From the NCBI RefSeq assembly GCF_009914755.1, contig NC_060931.1: a DNA stretch of 64,000 nucleotides; one strand, written 5' to 3'. The notes under the pieces are model-generated. The model did no database searches and was not told where the DNA came from. It saw nothing but the letters and a program-made list of their open reading frames with translations. This DNA comes from the human T2T-CHM13v2.0 reference genome, Homo sapiens. This document shows positions 40,385 to 57,018 of the stretch, in pieces; within the stretch, counting starts at the first letter, position 1; every line of letters begins with the position of its first letter. The translations under genes and the position numbers were made by a program.

Positions 40385-41290
40385 CTCATAAACTTTTATA
40401 TTCCAGTGCAGGAGACAGACAAGAAACAGAAAAAGAATACTATAAAGAAACATAAAGCAGGAAAAGGACAGCTAGGATGAGAGAACAGGAAAGAAAGAAG
40501 AGTTATTTTAGACAAAATGACCAGGGAAATCCTCTCTGTAGGGTTATTTGGGAAAAACTGTGATAGTAAGAGGGAGTCAGCCATGCAAAATATGAAGTGC
40601 AAATATTCTGGACAAGGAGCTATAGGCACAAACAGGTTTGGCAGCCGATGTGGCCGAAGTGTTCAATGAGAGGGTGGTAACATAGGAGATCCAAGTATCA
40701 GAGGGTGTAAATGTGTAACAATAGGTAGAGGACTTGAAGGTCAGAGAAAAGGACTTGGACTTTATGCTAAACCTAATGAAGCCATTAGAGGGTTTTAAGC
40801 AAAGAAAGTGACATGATTCAAAATGCATTTTTTTAAAGCCAACTAATGCTGCTTTGTGAAAAATAGAATGTGGCGGACAAGAATAGCCCAATGGAGGTGA
40901 CTTTGTAATACTACAAATGAGAAATGGTAATGGCTTACACCAGGGTTTCTCGGCCTCGGAGCTATATCAACATTTTGAACTGAACAATTCTTTGTTGTAG
41001 AGGGGCTGTCCAGTGCACTGTAGGATGTTTAACAGCATTGCTGGCCTCTACCTATCAGATGCCAGTGGTACCCCCAATGTTAGGACAACCTAAAAGGTCT
41101 CCAGGTATGGCCAGAAGTCCCATGGGGAAGGGAGCAAAATCTCCAGCAGCTGAGAACCACTGGCTTAGCCTAAGGCAGGGGTGGCAAAGGTGAGAGGTAA
41201 TTCATTTCTAATATATTTTAAAAGCAGAGACATTAGGGCCAATTCACTGGAAATGGGAAAACAGGGACATAAAGGCAGGAAGAATGAATT
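40385..41290 (-). mobile_element. L2 fragment
   Basis: ggacttggactttatgct...gaagccattagagggttttaagc...gtgacatgat, characteristic of antisense L2. Confidence 0.7.
40941..41162 (+). mobile_element. MER20 (hAT-Charlie) inserted in L2
   Basis: cagggtttctc ... gagaaccactg terminal inverted repeats; degenerate 8-bp TSD gcttacac / gcttagcc. Confidence 0.85.
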
Positions 41291-41406
41291 TGGAATCGTC
41301 AATAATAAAAAATCTTTAAAAAATTATTTTATCTTAGGACCAAGCTCTCTTGAGAATCTGTCTTTACAGTTAATATTCTTTCTGTTACGAAGAAACACTG
41401 ACATTT

Positions 41407-41525
41407 ACTTATTTATTTATTTATGCCTGACATTTATTGAATGGTTGATTGATTGATTGAGACAGAGTATTGCTCTGCCACCCAGGCTGGAGTGCAATGG
41501 CGCAATCTCGGCTCACTGCAACCTC
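41407..41525 (-). mobile_element. Alu 3' fragment, abruptly truncated
   Basis: (TTTA)/(GATT) tail, then tgagacagagtattgctctg...ctcactgcaacctc, followed by non-Alu sequence. Confidence 0.88.
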
Positions 41526-41997
41526 AGAAAGTTGATAAGGGTTACAGAAAGTTGATGTTACCCTCAACTTTCTGTTACCCGCAATTTTCTGTTAGACTAG
41601 CATTATCCACATTTTCAGTAGTTTGAGGAGAGAGCTTTTCTAAGGCAAACTATGTAAGGCAAACCTATGTAGGGCTAAATAACATAAATTATAGAAACCC
41701 ACTTGGGATCCTTTTCTTTAATTCTATAAAAACTGAATTGTACAGCTGACAGATATATTCATAATGAAATGCACAATTTCCAACCTATTACAGCTAAATC
41801 TACAGTAATATTAATTTTTACCCACCATTTGACAGTATTTTGACAGTTTTATTTCAAAACATAGTCATGTGAGTTAAAAAACAAAACACAAAAAGTCCTT
41901 TCATTTGTGAAATTCTTTTCAATCTAAATTTCTTATTTATTGAGCTCCATAATTAAGGCATAGTTTACTGGTAAAACCTATAAAACATAAATCTTCA

Positions 41998-42295
41998 GGC
42001 CAGGCACAGTGGCTCACGCCTGTAATCCTAACACTTTGGGAAGCCAAGGCAGGCAGATGGCTTGAGCCTAAGAGTTCGAGACCAGCCTGGGCAACAAGGT
42101 GAATCCCTGCCTCTAACAAAAATACAAAAATTAGGCAGACATGGTGGCATGCACCTGTAGTCCCAGCTACTCGGGAGGTTAAGGTGAGAGGATGGCTTGA
42201 GTCTGGGAGACAGAGGGTGCAATGGGCTGAGATTGCACCACTGCACTCCACCATGGGCGACAGAGCCAAATCCTGTCTCAAAACTAAGAAAGAAA
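41998..42295 (+). mobile_element. Alu (AluJ-like)
   Basis: Diverged dimer whose tail runs into a purine repeat. Confidence 0.92.
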
Positions 42296-42386
42296 AGGAG
42301 GAGAGGGGAGGGGAGGGGAGGGGAAGAGAGGGGAGGGGAAGGGAGGGGAGGAGAAGAGAGGGGAGGGGAAGGGAGGGGAGGGGAGG
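42296..42386 (+). repeat. Polypurine (GGGGA/GAGAG)n tract
   Basis: About 90 nt composed only of G and A. Confidence 0.95.
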
Positions 42387-42418
42387 CCAAACCTTCAATA
42401 ACCGACATCAAAAGGTCA

Positions 42419-43050
<632 letters not shown>

Positions 43051-44568
43051 ACAAATGATTACTTACTATTACATATTATTAGTAGTAGTAATATTACTTT
43101 TCTTAGGCAAAGTCTTCTTAAATGGCATTTATTATCAGATAGACGGTCTACTTGAATCTATATATGCTGACATGGGAAGAGAGATCACAATATATGACTG
43201 AGTAGAAAAAAGCACGTTATATAACATGCTCATTTTGTTTTAAAAAAACAAAATGATAAATAATCTAGGGTAAGAATGTATAAATGATTTTGTAGGGAGT
43301 AAGAATAAGGGAAAGGAGGGAGACAGAAAACTATTCATCTGTATTTACTGAATTCCTTTTATAGGTATGTATTTCCCTGGTAATTTTCTTTTTTTTTGTT
43401 AAAGAAACAAACACAATATCCATGTTTTCAGTTGTTTAAGGAATGAATTTCCTATGTCAAACCTACCTGGTTCGGTAGAAATAATGGAAGAATTGCAGAA
43501 ACTCTGTTGCATAAGTGTTTCTTAACTAGTAGACACTTGTCACATTAGTGGTTTCAGTTGACTTTGTGGGGTACTTTTTTTGGTATCATTTGGTTTTAAT
43601 CCAACAACCCCATCAGGAAGTCAAAATGCCCTGTAATTTACGGATTTTTATGAGATTTTTGTTTTAATCTAAATCAACCTTGACAAAATGGCACCAAGAA
43701 ACAAGGAATTTAAAAGATCCATTCTGAGAAGTTGTGAAGAAACTTGAATTTAAATCAAGAATTGAAACATTTACATGGTTAATCTGTGTTTTAATGCTTT
43801 ATACCTGACACCTAAATCACACTAAAATTGTTTGGGGGATAACTCAAAAAAAAAAAAAAAACCTTTCAAATGAAATGGTTGCAGCCTCAAGGATTCAGAT
43901 TGTTTATATGTAAGGAAGCAATTGTAAATAGCATATAACTAACAATTGCTCCCATCGTGGCTGAATATTTTGACAGATAAATTCAATATTCTAGTTCCAA
44001 CGGCAAATTGTCCCAGCAGCTAAGTTTTTAATTGATTTCAAAACATCTAAGTTTGTAGACTAAATGTGATGACTGACTATCATACAAAAGGCAAATAAAT
44101 ACTAACAACAGACACTACAAGCCAAAAACCCAGCATATCAAGCAACACAAATATATAAAATAACAGAATAAGCCAGTCTTCCATTTTAAAAAAAAAAAAG
44201 TCTAAGAATGAATATAGAGAGAAACGTAAATATTTTTCCCCTCTGCAATCATTAATTAAAGTAATTCCTGCACTTCTTTATTGCTTCCTAACTCCAAGAA
44301 AGAAGTTAACAAATTCCCCCACCGTGAAAGGTGCCCAATTTGCTCTACTGAACTCAGGAAATCGCTAGTGAGCACACACGTGCCTCACTGACCAGCAGCA
44401 GATCCTCATCTCTAAAGTTCATGAGGCAGGGCACCAGCTGCTTCCACATACTCCCCGCTGTACTATTAAGAAAAATGTCCCAATCTTAAGCTAACGAGAA
44501 CTGAACTCATGAGAAATTTAAACTGCCATTGTCACTGAAAATGTGCACAAACAAGCATTTAAAAGTCA

Positions 44569-44908
<340 letters not shown>

Positions 44909-45204
44909 TGTCAGGTATAGCCTACACAACAAAAAGAATATTAACTGTAAAGACAGGTTCTCAAGACAGCTTGGGCCTAAGATAAAAGAATTTTTTTAAA
45001 TACTGTACAGAGTAGCTATCTAGATCTAATAACCAGTAGCACAAAACAGAGGTCATTTTTAAGAGACCTAAGAGACCTGTTATTTACTAAAGGTTTATAA
45101 GAGAAAATCCAAGTAACTGTTTGATACTTCTTCCCACAATTGTAAATGAAAGACTTTAAAGAAGGTATTCCCTGTCCACACAGAAAGTAATACTGTAGGG
45201 TGTT

Positions 45205-45812
45205 TAAATGCAGACTTGGATTCAAATCCGAGCCCCACCACTTACTTGATAGATATGACCTTGGTGTATTAGTCTGTTCTTGCATCACTATAAAGAAATA
45301 TCTGAGACTGTGTAATTTATAAAGAAAAGGCGTTTAATTAGCTCACGGTTCTACAGGCTGTACAGGAAGCATGGCAGCATTTTGGGAGGCCTCAGGAAAC
45401 TTTCAATTATGGCAGAAGGGCAAGATGAAGTAGGCACATCTTTTATGGCCAGAGAAGGAGGAAAAGAGAAAGAGGGAGAGGGACTGTCACACACTTTTAA
45501 ACAACCAGATCTCATGAGAAATCTATCACAAGAACAGCCTTAGGAGGATGGTGCTAAACCATTAGAAACCACACCCATGATCCAATCACCTCCTACAGGC
45601 CCCACTTCCAGCACTGGGGATTATATTTCAACATGAGATGTGGGTGGGGACATAGAACCAAACCATATAACTTGGTAAGTTTCTTACCCTCTCTGTTTCC
45701 TCATTTATAAAATGAGGATAACAGTAATGCCTACCCAGTAGGGGTGTTATATAGTTGAAATGAATGAAAATACATAAAATGCTTAGAACAGTGCTTAGCA
45801 CACAGTAAGTAA
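45205..45812 (+). mobile_element. MIR split by the MSTA-like LTR
   Basis: ggattcaaatcc...tgaccttgg [LTR] taagtttctt...tttcctcatttataaaatgaggata...gcttagaacagtgc. Confidence 0.8.
45265..45670 (-). mobile_element. ERVL-MaLR solo LTR (MSTA-like) inserted in a MIR
   Basis: tgtattagtctgttcttgcat ... aaccaaaccatataa; 5-bp TSD cttgg at 45260-45264 and 45671-45675. Confidence 0.9.
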
Positions 45813-48393
45813 GAGATGACCCCTGTGTTTGTTAATGTGGGTACATTGTAGTTGGGCATATGGATCCTATGCTCTGAAATCGTTTTCACAGATTATATGT
45901 GACTCCAGTGTGCATGTTCTATGTATGTGTCTGTATAAAACTGTGAGGAAAGTTTTCAAAGACAAATGACAACTGCTTCTGAATAAGAATGGGATACAAA
46001 AGAATGTGGTTCTCTCACTAAAGTATCAAACAGAAATTTAAGATGGGCTACTCCTGTTTAACAGTTTGCTCCAACCAAGAAAAGAAGGGGGTAAGGTTAT
46101 TATTTGAACAGGAAACGGTGCCAATGTTTGGAAGTATTATAATCTGGAGAGAAAATTTACATTTGATTTACAACTGTGTTGCCCACATTCCTTTTTAGCT
46201 CGAGGCTATATTGGCAAAGCTATGGAGGTCAGGAGGGGAAACAGGGACTCTCTCTGAATATTCTCCAGTATTTCCAGATCCTGCACAGAAGGACCTCACA
46301 CTCTTCTCCAGTGTTCCTAACACAGCATTACCAACAGGATCAACAGATGGCTTCCAGAAGGCCCAGGACTAAGAAACAGCCAGGGCTAGGTCCAGCCTAT
46401 GTGGACCACTGCCCATAAACACGGACTTCCGGATTAAGGAAATGGACAACAGGCCACTGTCCACCCACCTTTTAAAACAGAAACAGAATCGAGTCTATCC
46501 AACAAATGCTATTTGGGTAAGGAAAGTACACTCCTCAAACACAAAGTGTCCAAATTTGCGAGAAAATGACCTTGACCAAAGTTTTCTTGAAGAAAGCCCC
46601 AGTTAGCACAAGGGCCTGGGTCTTTAGGAAGGAAAAAGAAGAAAATAGGCTGACACAGCTCTAAGTCCCTAGTCCTAGCTTTAACCAGACAGCACTTAAA
46701 TCAGCTTTACTTTGGGTTCCATGTTGCACTCCCTTTGAAAAATGTTTATGTAATGATGACAGCCTATATGATTCTATCACTTCAGCAACAGACTAGGTAG
46801 AGCAATGCGGCAGGCCAATTCTAATCTAGTTCTGCTAACTGAAAAACATTACCTGTGTCTAACTCAGTCATCTGTTTTTATAAATCAGTGATAATACTGA
46901 CAATAAACATTAATCTTTTATGCAAGGAATAATAAATGACTGAGTACATTAAAACTCCACATCCCCAGACCAAAAAGTAATGGAGACACTTCGACAAGAC
47001 TATTACAGCTATATAACACTGAGAAACCAATTCCTAGAAACTTCCAAATGCAGAAATTGACTTTGGCACAAATGACTTCAAACACTGCACTTCACGAGAG
47101 AAAACACTGTAATTACTGTCAAAAGAAACATGTGAACAAGAAGTGGTCAAACATCACTGCTGCTATTATAACCAGTAAAAAAGTTAGATGTCTATGGCAC
47201 GCTTGATTGACTCTGGTTTTCCAGGTTTGATATTAACATGTAAAAATATCTTCTCAAACAGGATTTACAACAGTGTAGCATCAGTAGGAAAGAAAATTGG
47301 ATTTGAAAAAAGAAATAAAACAATAAGAATAAAACAGAGCTAGAAAATCCAAACTTCTATCACTGTTGGTTATAAAAAAGCAGTTGGCTATTAAAAATAG
47401 AAAACTGCCACCTGAAGAAAAACAATGAAAGTAGCAGATGGCACAAGATTCCAATACCTAGTACAGACACAGCACTTCCAATCACCTTCCAGTGAAAAAT
47501 ACTGGGTGGCTAGGACGTGTTCCTACTACATTCAGAACTGGTTAGGTCTTTTTATCAATTGTTAAGCAGAATCAAATGGAAAAGTATGAGTATAAAACAA
47601 CAGCAATGCAATAAAGCATTTAAAAAAACAGCAAAAATATGATTAATAAAAAAATAATCTAAAATAGTGGGACTTTTATACTACAGAAGGATCTCTTAAA
47701 TGTTGGAGTATATAAAGGAATATTTTGGAAATAATGCCAACAAACCATCTACTACCTCCAGTGAAGCCTAATGAGCCTGGGAAATATGCTCACATCACAG
47801 CAGGATGGTATAGGTTACACCTGGACATCAGCTGTGTGTCGCTGAAGAGCTACAACTCAAATTTCTGCAATAACCTTCTTTGCAACTATTTATAAATTAC
47901 AAGTGAAATTCATTTGCCTGTGTCAGTTGTGACTGCATTGAGAATATACTGACTGCTAACTGATCTCATAAGATCATTTCAAAACTATGCCTTTATAAGC
48001 CTTGATCAATATTAGTTATCAATAGTACTGATTCCCTGAAAAGTTTTTTTAATTACTTACACCTAGAAATTACATGCAGGTTGAAGGTATGTAATTTTCA
48101 TAACTGTGTAATTTGTGTCTATGACAGGAAAACAAGTGTTCAACACTATACTAAATTAAAAGAAAGATTTTTAAGACAAGTGTCTATAGTCTCTGGTCAG
48201 TAGCCAATTTCAAAGAGATAATTTAAGTTTTTATTTTAATATAATGTAGAATAGATATATGCCCACATACATAATATAGAACTGCACCTTCTAGAAAAAA
48301 GGTTATCATGATTTTCCAGACCCAGTGATTCATTCAACTGAACAAATACTTGTGAGACTTTACTATGTGAAAAGCACCATGCTAGGTGCATGA

Positions 48394-48732
<339 letters not shown>

Positions 48733-49314
48733 TAAACATGATGCTACCCACAAACTCCTGTTTGTTTCAGAACTCTTCCCTCCTCCTTTTTTCTGCTTTT
48801 TCTTTTGCCTTTTTCTTGCTGCCTTTTTCAAAGGCAGAACATATGTAATAATAAAAATCAAGATAAATTATCATATATAATGAACTTAAACAGATGGTAC
48901 CATCCCTGTAAATTTCACCATTAGTATGAGAAACTAAAAGGTACAAATAAGTTTTAAGCCCTTATTTGATGATATCAACAATGCTATCAATGGAAAAATA
49001 AAAGGACTACACTATACTCTAACCCAGATGGCTGATAAAATTTATGACTAATTTATTAAACCACTCATTATACCAGATAGATTATTTGAAGTCTTACAAA
49101 TCTAATGTAACTTTCCAAATAACTAAAAGTGCGGGAAAAATCTCAACTAATGTCCATTGAAAAATAGCGAGCAAGTAATCTTGGTTGATGTACAGTTAGT
49201 TCCAACATCAAGCAGCCATTCCCTTTCTTCTTGGTTTCTTGAAAAAAAAATGTTATTATAAGTGAAACACTTTCACTTGCCTTTATAGGTAAAGAGGTGA
49301 AATTCAAATGCCAA

Positions 49315-49327
49315 AGGTCAGAGGTCA
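49315..49327 (+). promoter_or_regulatory. Perfect DR1 nuclear-receptor element AGGTCA-G-AGGTCA (function unproven)
   Basis: ccaaAGGTCAgAGGTCAgaag in apparently unique intronic DNA. Confidence 0.4.
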
Positions 49328-50084
49328 GAAGTAGTCACATTTTTCTAGCTGTCAAAGACTGACTTTTGGAGGTAGGGCACAGAGGAGAAGTAAATCATAT
49401 TTTTAAAGTCTATACTCAAACTGTAGCATATTATGTCCTTGCTATATTGGCCTACACAGTTACAACACAATATGGTCAGCTATAATCCAAACACACCATT
49501 GAGTATCACAGCAAAAACAGACTGCCGACAGAGGCATTTACTCTGGATTCTCGGTACGCTGAGCAACTATTCTGTCTACTAGATGTTTTGATAAGCAAAA
49601 CCATGATTTCAAATTAGACCCAAAAATTTTCGTGTGTGCACTAATCTATCAGCGATTTGTGCGGGACATGATTGTGGAAGCAAATCACTTAAGATCCCCA
49701 TAAAACAGGATAAATCTAAGACAAAATGAATTGGGAGTCCATATGTAAATGTTTTGTAAAAATGAAAATATATATAGTCATCATGCTAATAATTAGCAAC
49801 TGTATTGTCACTGTGGCCTTAGTAAGAAACCTCCTCTAAGGCAACTTTTAAGTATGGCAGGTCTGCATTAGATTTAGGAGTGGAGATTTAATGGGGTTGG
49901 GGTAAATTTTAGATGACCTAATGAAATATCATCAGTTTCGATGATTTTGAATGGAATCTAAAAGCATGTGGCCCTACCAGTCACAGATGCCTAAAAAGGG
50001 CTTCTGCATTAAGTAGAAGGTAAAGTAAGACATTCAAGAAGTCATTCCGAGCTGACAAATTTTATGGTCTGAAGTGTACATGGA

Positions 50085-50810
50085 CTGCATTTTATCAATT
50101 CTAGGATGCATATTTTTCCACGTTTTCACAAACCTAAAAGCATCTGAAAATTGCTATCTGCCAGGCGGCAGTCCTGCTGCTGTTGTCATTGCTTGCACAG
50201 AAGCATCAAAATTTGCAGAACTGCTGTCAGCAGCTCGGAAAAATTCCAGGAATAAGAGTGGAGCAATCTTTTAAGGAATGTTGTGTCACCGAGGTTTTGA
50301 CGGCATAGAATATGATATTGTGTGGAAAAACAAAGACATCAAACCCTGAGTCCAAAAGTGATCCAGAACAATTAAATCCAATGTGGGCTGGTTTGAAGAA
50401 TACCTTAGCCCTGGGTTTCTCACTATTGGTACAACTGACATTTTGAGCCAAATAATTCTTTTTTGGTGGGGGGAGAACGGATAAGAGGGGGGCCGGCGGG
50501 CAGCAGGAGGTGAGGACTGTCACGTGCATTACAGAATGTTAAACAGCATCCCTGGCCTCCATCCACTAGATGCCAATAACATTTGACAAATTTTAACAAC
50601 CAAAAATATCTCCAAACATTGTCAAATGCCCCCTGGGGATCAAATGCTCTCCCAGCTGAGAACCACTGCCTTAATCAATTTATTTTGCCTACTTTTTCCT
50701 TCTTATGAATATACATATGTTTTCAAAAATTCAAAATTAGTGTTAATGAATTGTTTCAATAAGAAAATTCTAAGAGATAAAGTATTGTGTTAAAACTTGC
50801 AGCAATATAT
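50085..50810 (+). mobile_element. Ancient TcMar element (MARNA-like) with a transposase C-terminal remnant, split by MER20
   Basis: Start ctgcattttatcaattctaggatgcatattttt resembles the MARNA terminus as recalled. Frameshifted peptide VEQSFKECCVT / DGIEYDIVW (~50256-50325) resembles the pogo-type SFKKC motif. Confidence 0.55.
50411..50668 (+). mobile_element. MER20 with an internal G-rich insertion
   Basis: ctgggtttctca ... gagaaccactg; degenerate TSD ccttagcc / ccttaatc. Confidence 0.85.
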
Positions 50811-51330
50811 TTCATAGGGTACACCAAATACACTAAAATCTTAAAATCAGGGGCATGCAAAGAAATTCAGCCACCCGGCATCCGTTCCCCCTCCTTATGG
50901 AATGCTCATCATGATTTCCTGCTGGGGAACTATTTCCTCACCACACACAGTTTTAGAAACATCCAGTTCTCCCCTTGCTAATGGTTTTCTAAGTCTTCCA
51001 TTTGTTTCTTTTGAGCTATATATCCTTTATGCTCCTAAAAATTTCCTTGCTTTCTAAGCTAATCGGAGTTAAATTTCAGTCTTCCAACTAAATAAATCTA
51101 ACTGAAACAAAGTACTTATTTCAACTATGCTGATAGAAGACATTTTGGAATATTTCCCTGCCATAAAATTCACCAACCTGTTTAAAATTGTACTACTTTT
51201 CCTCACCACTCACCACATATGTAGAGTGACTAGATATGTGGATGAAACAAGAATTGTTACAACTGTGTCATGGGATATGGGGATTCACTATACTATATTT
51301 TTCATGGAGCTTTAAAATTTCCATTTAAAT

Positions 51331-51734
<404 letters not shown>

Positions 51735-54070
51735 TCAAAATGTACGTACGTAGATGCGTATGTCCAGCTATGAAGTGCTTGAGAACTGGTCAACAGGTTT
51801 GTGTGCATTTGGAGGGAAAAGAGAAAACTTGGCACGCAGGGTATATACCATATGAGTAACAGTACAAAGGCAAGAGGAGCTATTTTCTAAAACTGCCTAT
51901 AAATCTCGATTCAATTCAGGCAATACATACAATAACGTATACATGTTCTGTGACTCCAAAAAGTTGCTGCTAAAAGACTGCACACAAAACTTTCTTAATG
52001 CTGTTTCTGAAGTTTCTTCTCTGGTAGAAAAAAAGAAAGAAAAATATAGCTATTGATTCTCCTAAGAACTATCATATAGATGAACACACATTTTTTGCCA
52101 AGATTTGACAGCTGAAGTTTTCATGAAGGAGGCTTCAAACAAAACTTTTTTTAAAAAAGAAAAAATAATACAAAGGCTGTACCACCCTCTGCTCTCCTTA
52201 AAGGTGACAGAAAATAAATTCTTTATCAATAGTCATTTGTCCAGGTTACAGCTAGGCTGCCCACCCCATTCCACCTGAGATATGAAATTGGCTTTCACTG
52301 GCACCTTTTATTCATCTCATCTGCCCTTTCCCTTTCATGAGCCAAGGCAGAGCAAATGGAAGCTGAATAATGAAGAAGAAGAAAAAAAAAAAACCCACAG
52401 TGAGTTATTTTAACAAAAAGCCTGCACCATATGGAGAGAAGGGAAGACCAAAAAAAAAAAAAAAAATCCTATGTGAAATATAATAAGCAAACTAAATATG
52501 AGAATCTAACCAAAAAACCCCTATTAAAATAAAACTCAATTAAAAATAACAAAATTTCAAAGACAAGAAATTCTACCATAACATATTGATTCTCTTTTTT
52601 TAAAAATTGATTCTGAATTTTTTTGGAATATTTAAACTTCACTATCTAATTATATAGTCTATCAACCTAACCCAATTAAATAATTATAAAGCACTGCATG
52701 GGAAACTGTGGAAATATACAGAGACCTTTCTGGCAGTACTAATTAAATCTTGATTTTTTAAATTGTAAGTCATAAGCCTTCTCTATTTCCTAAGAAAATA
52801 GCAGTCTTAATCTAAAATTCATATTCTGTTCTGTATATTTTGTGTAAATTGGGAGTTAGTTTGTCAAAAGAAATATTAAATAATAATTTTTCACAACCCT
52901 CATTTTAAAGATGAAATACTTAAGGCTCAAAGAGGTTAAATTATATGGTGAAGGTCCTATGGCCAGTGAGGACTACAATCCAATTCAAAGATTCCTTACC
53001 TCTAGATCTCTCAAGCAAAATAGTTGGGCAGTTCAAAACAAAACAAATACAAACTAAGCACCTGCTCAGTGGCAAGCATGTGTTTGGTGCTCACAGTAAA
53101 AAGACATTCACATGATCATGTAATCATAATTCTCTAAGCTATGTGCAAACTCCAGAAATAGTACAGATGGGAAGCACTTTATCTTAGATTAAAATGTTTT
53201 CCCATCTTTTTATGAATAAGTACCTACTCTAAAACTTCAAAAAGTAGTATTTAAAAAAAATGCTTTTTTAAAATCCTTTCATGGTGTTTTTTTCAGTGGA
53301 TAGCTCGTCAACATCTTTTTGAATCAGCACACAGGGCTATAACTGATGGTCTAGTGTTCCATTGCAAGCATGTACCATAATTAATTCAGCCAGTCCTCGA
53401 GGATGGTCGGTTTGGATTGCTTCCAATTTTCTACTGTTACAAAAACACTTCAATGAACATTCTTTTAGCTGTTGTTAGTAGTATTAATAATGGCAACAAT
53501 CAGATGGAAGTGTGTGCAGAGGAAAAAATCTCGAGCAATAAAATGTTAAAAAGTGGTTAACTTCAGAGGATGGAAACAGGATTTTTATTTCCAACCTTAC
53601 TTATGTCTGTAACATCCTAATTTTTTTACGTGAACAGAATAATAATTAGTGCTATTTGTTAATCCGGGCACTATGTATCACACACGATATTCATCATGAG
53701 CCAAAATATTTACTTTAGTGCCTGTGGCAGGCAATATAATTTTCAATGATGCATACATTTGCTGATCGACTGGGAAATTCCTGGAGAATACTCAAAAACT
53801 CCTTCTCACATATTGAGAAAACACGGCTCAATATTCAAGCAACCAATACAAGAGATATAATGGTAATTCACAGTCAGCTTTGGGAAGCAGGTAACCCAAG
53901 GCTCTAAGAGGCACAATCTAAAACCGAAAATGGCCAAGTTCATGTGTTCAGCACATTCTGAAGTTCAGTCATACACAAATAATGAGACTTATCACAATCA
54001 TTCTTCTCTAAAAATACTGGTAAATATGACAAAACCCACCAAAACCTCTCTCTGATACCACAAAACTCAC

Positions 54071-54152
54071 CGTTTCTGATCTTCGGATTCTTTCTTGGCT
54101 TGCTCCAATGCCAGCTCCTCAGCTACTCTTCTTTTCAATTCTTCATCAGAAA
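54071..54152 (-). CDS. CHCHD3: CHCHD3/MIC19 internal coding exon (probably exon 3), 82 nt
   Basis: Minus strand reads ...gattctag|TT TCT GAT GAA ... CAG AAA CG|gtgagtt. Translation (V)SDEELKRRVAEELALEQAKKESEDQK(R). The terminal CG joins the A of exon 4685-4802 to give CGA (Arg), keeping the frame. Confidence 0.97.
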
Positions 54153-54982
54153 CTAGAATCGATAAAGAGCAGAAGGAGATAAAATAGGTGACTTCTTAAA
54201 AATAAAAGCAAGAAAATACTCAGGAAAGCCCGGCTGAGACTAGATTTGAACAGGCAAAGTTCTGCCAAGTGGCCAGCGTCTCCTTGGAACTTCTCAAGCA
54301 CTGTGGAAAAGGCCAATTAGTGCACTTCAGGAGTAATTTAATCAAGAGTTCCCTAGTGACCTAGATTTCCACTCCTGCCAAAATTTATAACAAACTCAAG
54401 GAACTGCTTACTGTACAGTGGGGACTGAGTCAGTAAGGACCAATTCTTTAAGATGATGTCCTAACATTAAAGTCTGACAACGGTGTGTAAGGAGAGGAGA
54501 CGCTGTAAGAAAGGGACTTTGGAGAAGAAAATGACAAAAAAAAATCTTCTCATTTCAATAATTAAACAACTAACAAAATCATGTACTACAAAGAGCAAAT
54601 CATTTATAGTTACATTCATTTTTCCATTATTTATGAAAAAAGCCATTTGTCATTTATGAAAATTTTGAAACCCTATTTTTTGGAATACATGTCATTCAAA
54701 TTCAAGTGCCAGCAACTGGAGAGAGACAGAGAAGAGTGCTGATAACACAGCTGGAGCTTTCTAAATACCTGGTGACTGGATTTGAAACATCTGGTCTTTC
54801 CAATTAGAAGACTGTGTGTGGTATGTTTTGTAAAGTTTCTTACAGCTATGATGGTAAATAAAATGGACAAATTTCACACACGTCTTTAAGAGGCTTCCAC
54901 AAGAAATAAACAAAGACTAACTCCTCTTCACTACAGACCTACTACCCAAAATTACGAACAAGAAAGCACCAGAAGCACTTAG

Positions 54983-55328
<346 letters not shown>

Positions 55329-55589
55329 AGGACCTAAGTTTTATTTCAAATAGTTGAGCCTATCAGATGGAAAACTAGACAGCAGTGTCTCTTTCGATAA
55401 CCTCGACATTATAAATGCTTAGTCCCACAGCATATGCAAAAATATTATTTACAATAGGATATGCAAAAGCCCTTTCAAATATTTCATTGGCATGAGGCAA
55501 TCACAAAGAAGATACATGAAAGATCAGAAGGATGACTTCCCTTAGTTGAGGACTATCAGACTGCAACAGCAGCATCCAGTGATACCATC

Positions 55590-56887
<1,298 letters not shown>

Positions 56888-56932
<45 letters not shown>

Positions 56933-57018
56933 GGAGAAAGAAAGAAATGAAGAGAAGGAAGGAAGGGAGGGAGGGAGGGAGGGGGGGAGAGGAAGAGGAA
57001 AGAAAAGAATAAAAAGAA
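56888..57018 (+). repeat. (GA)n microsatellite and purine-rich low-complexity tract
   Basis: gagagaga... followed by ggaa/ggga repeats. Confidence 0.95.
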
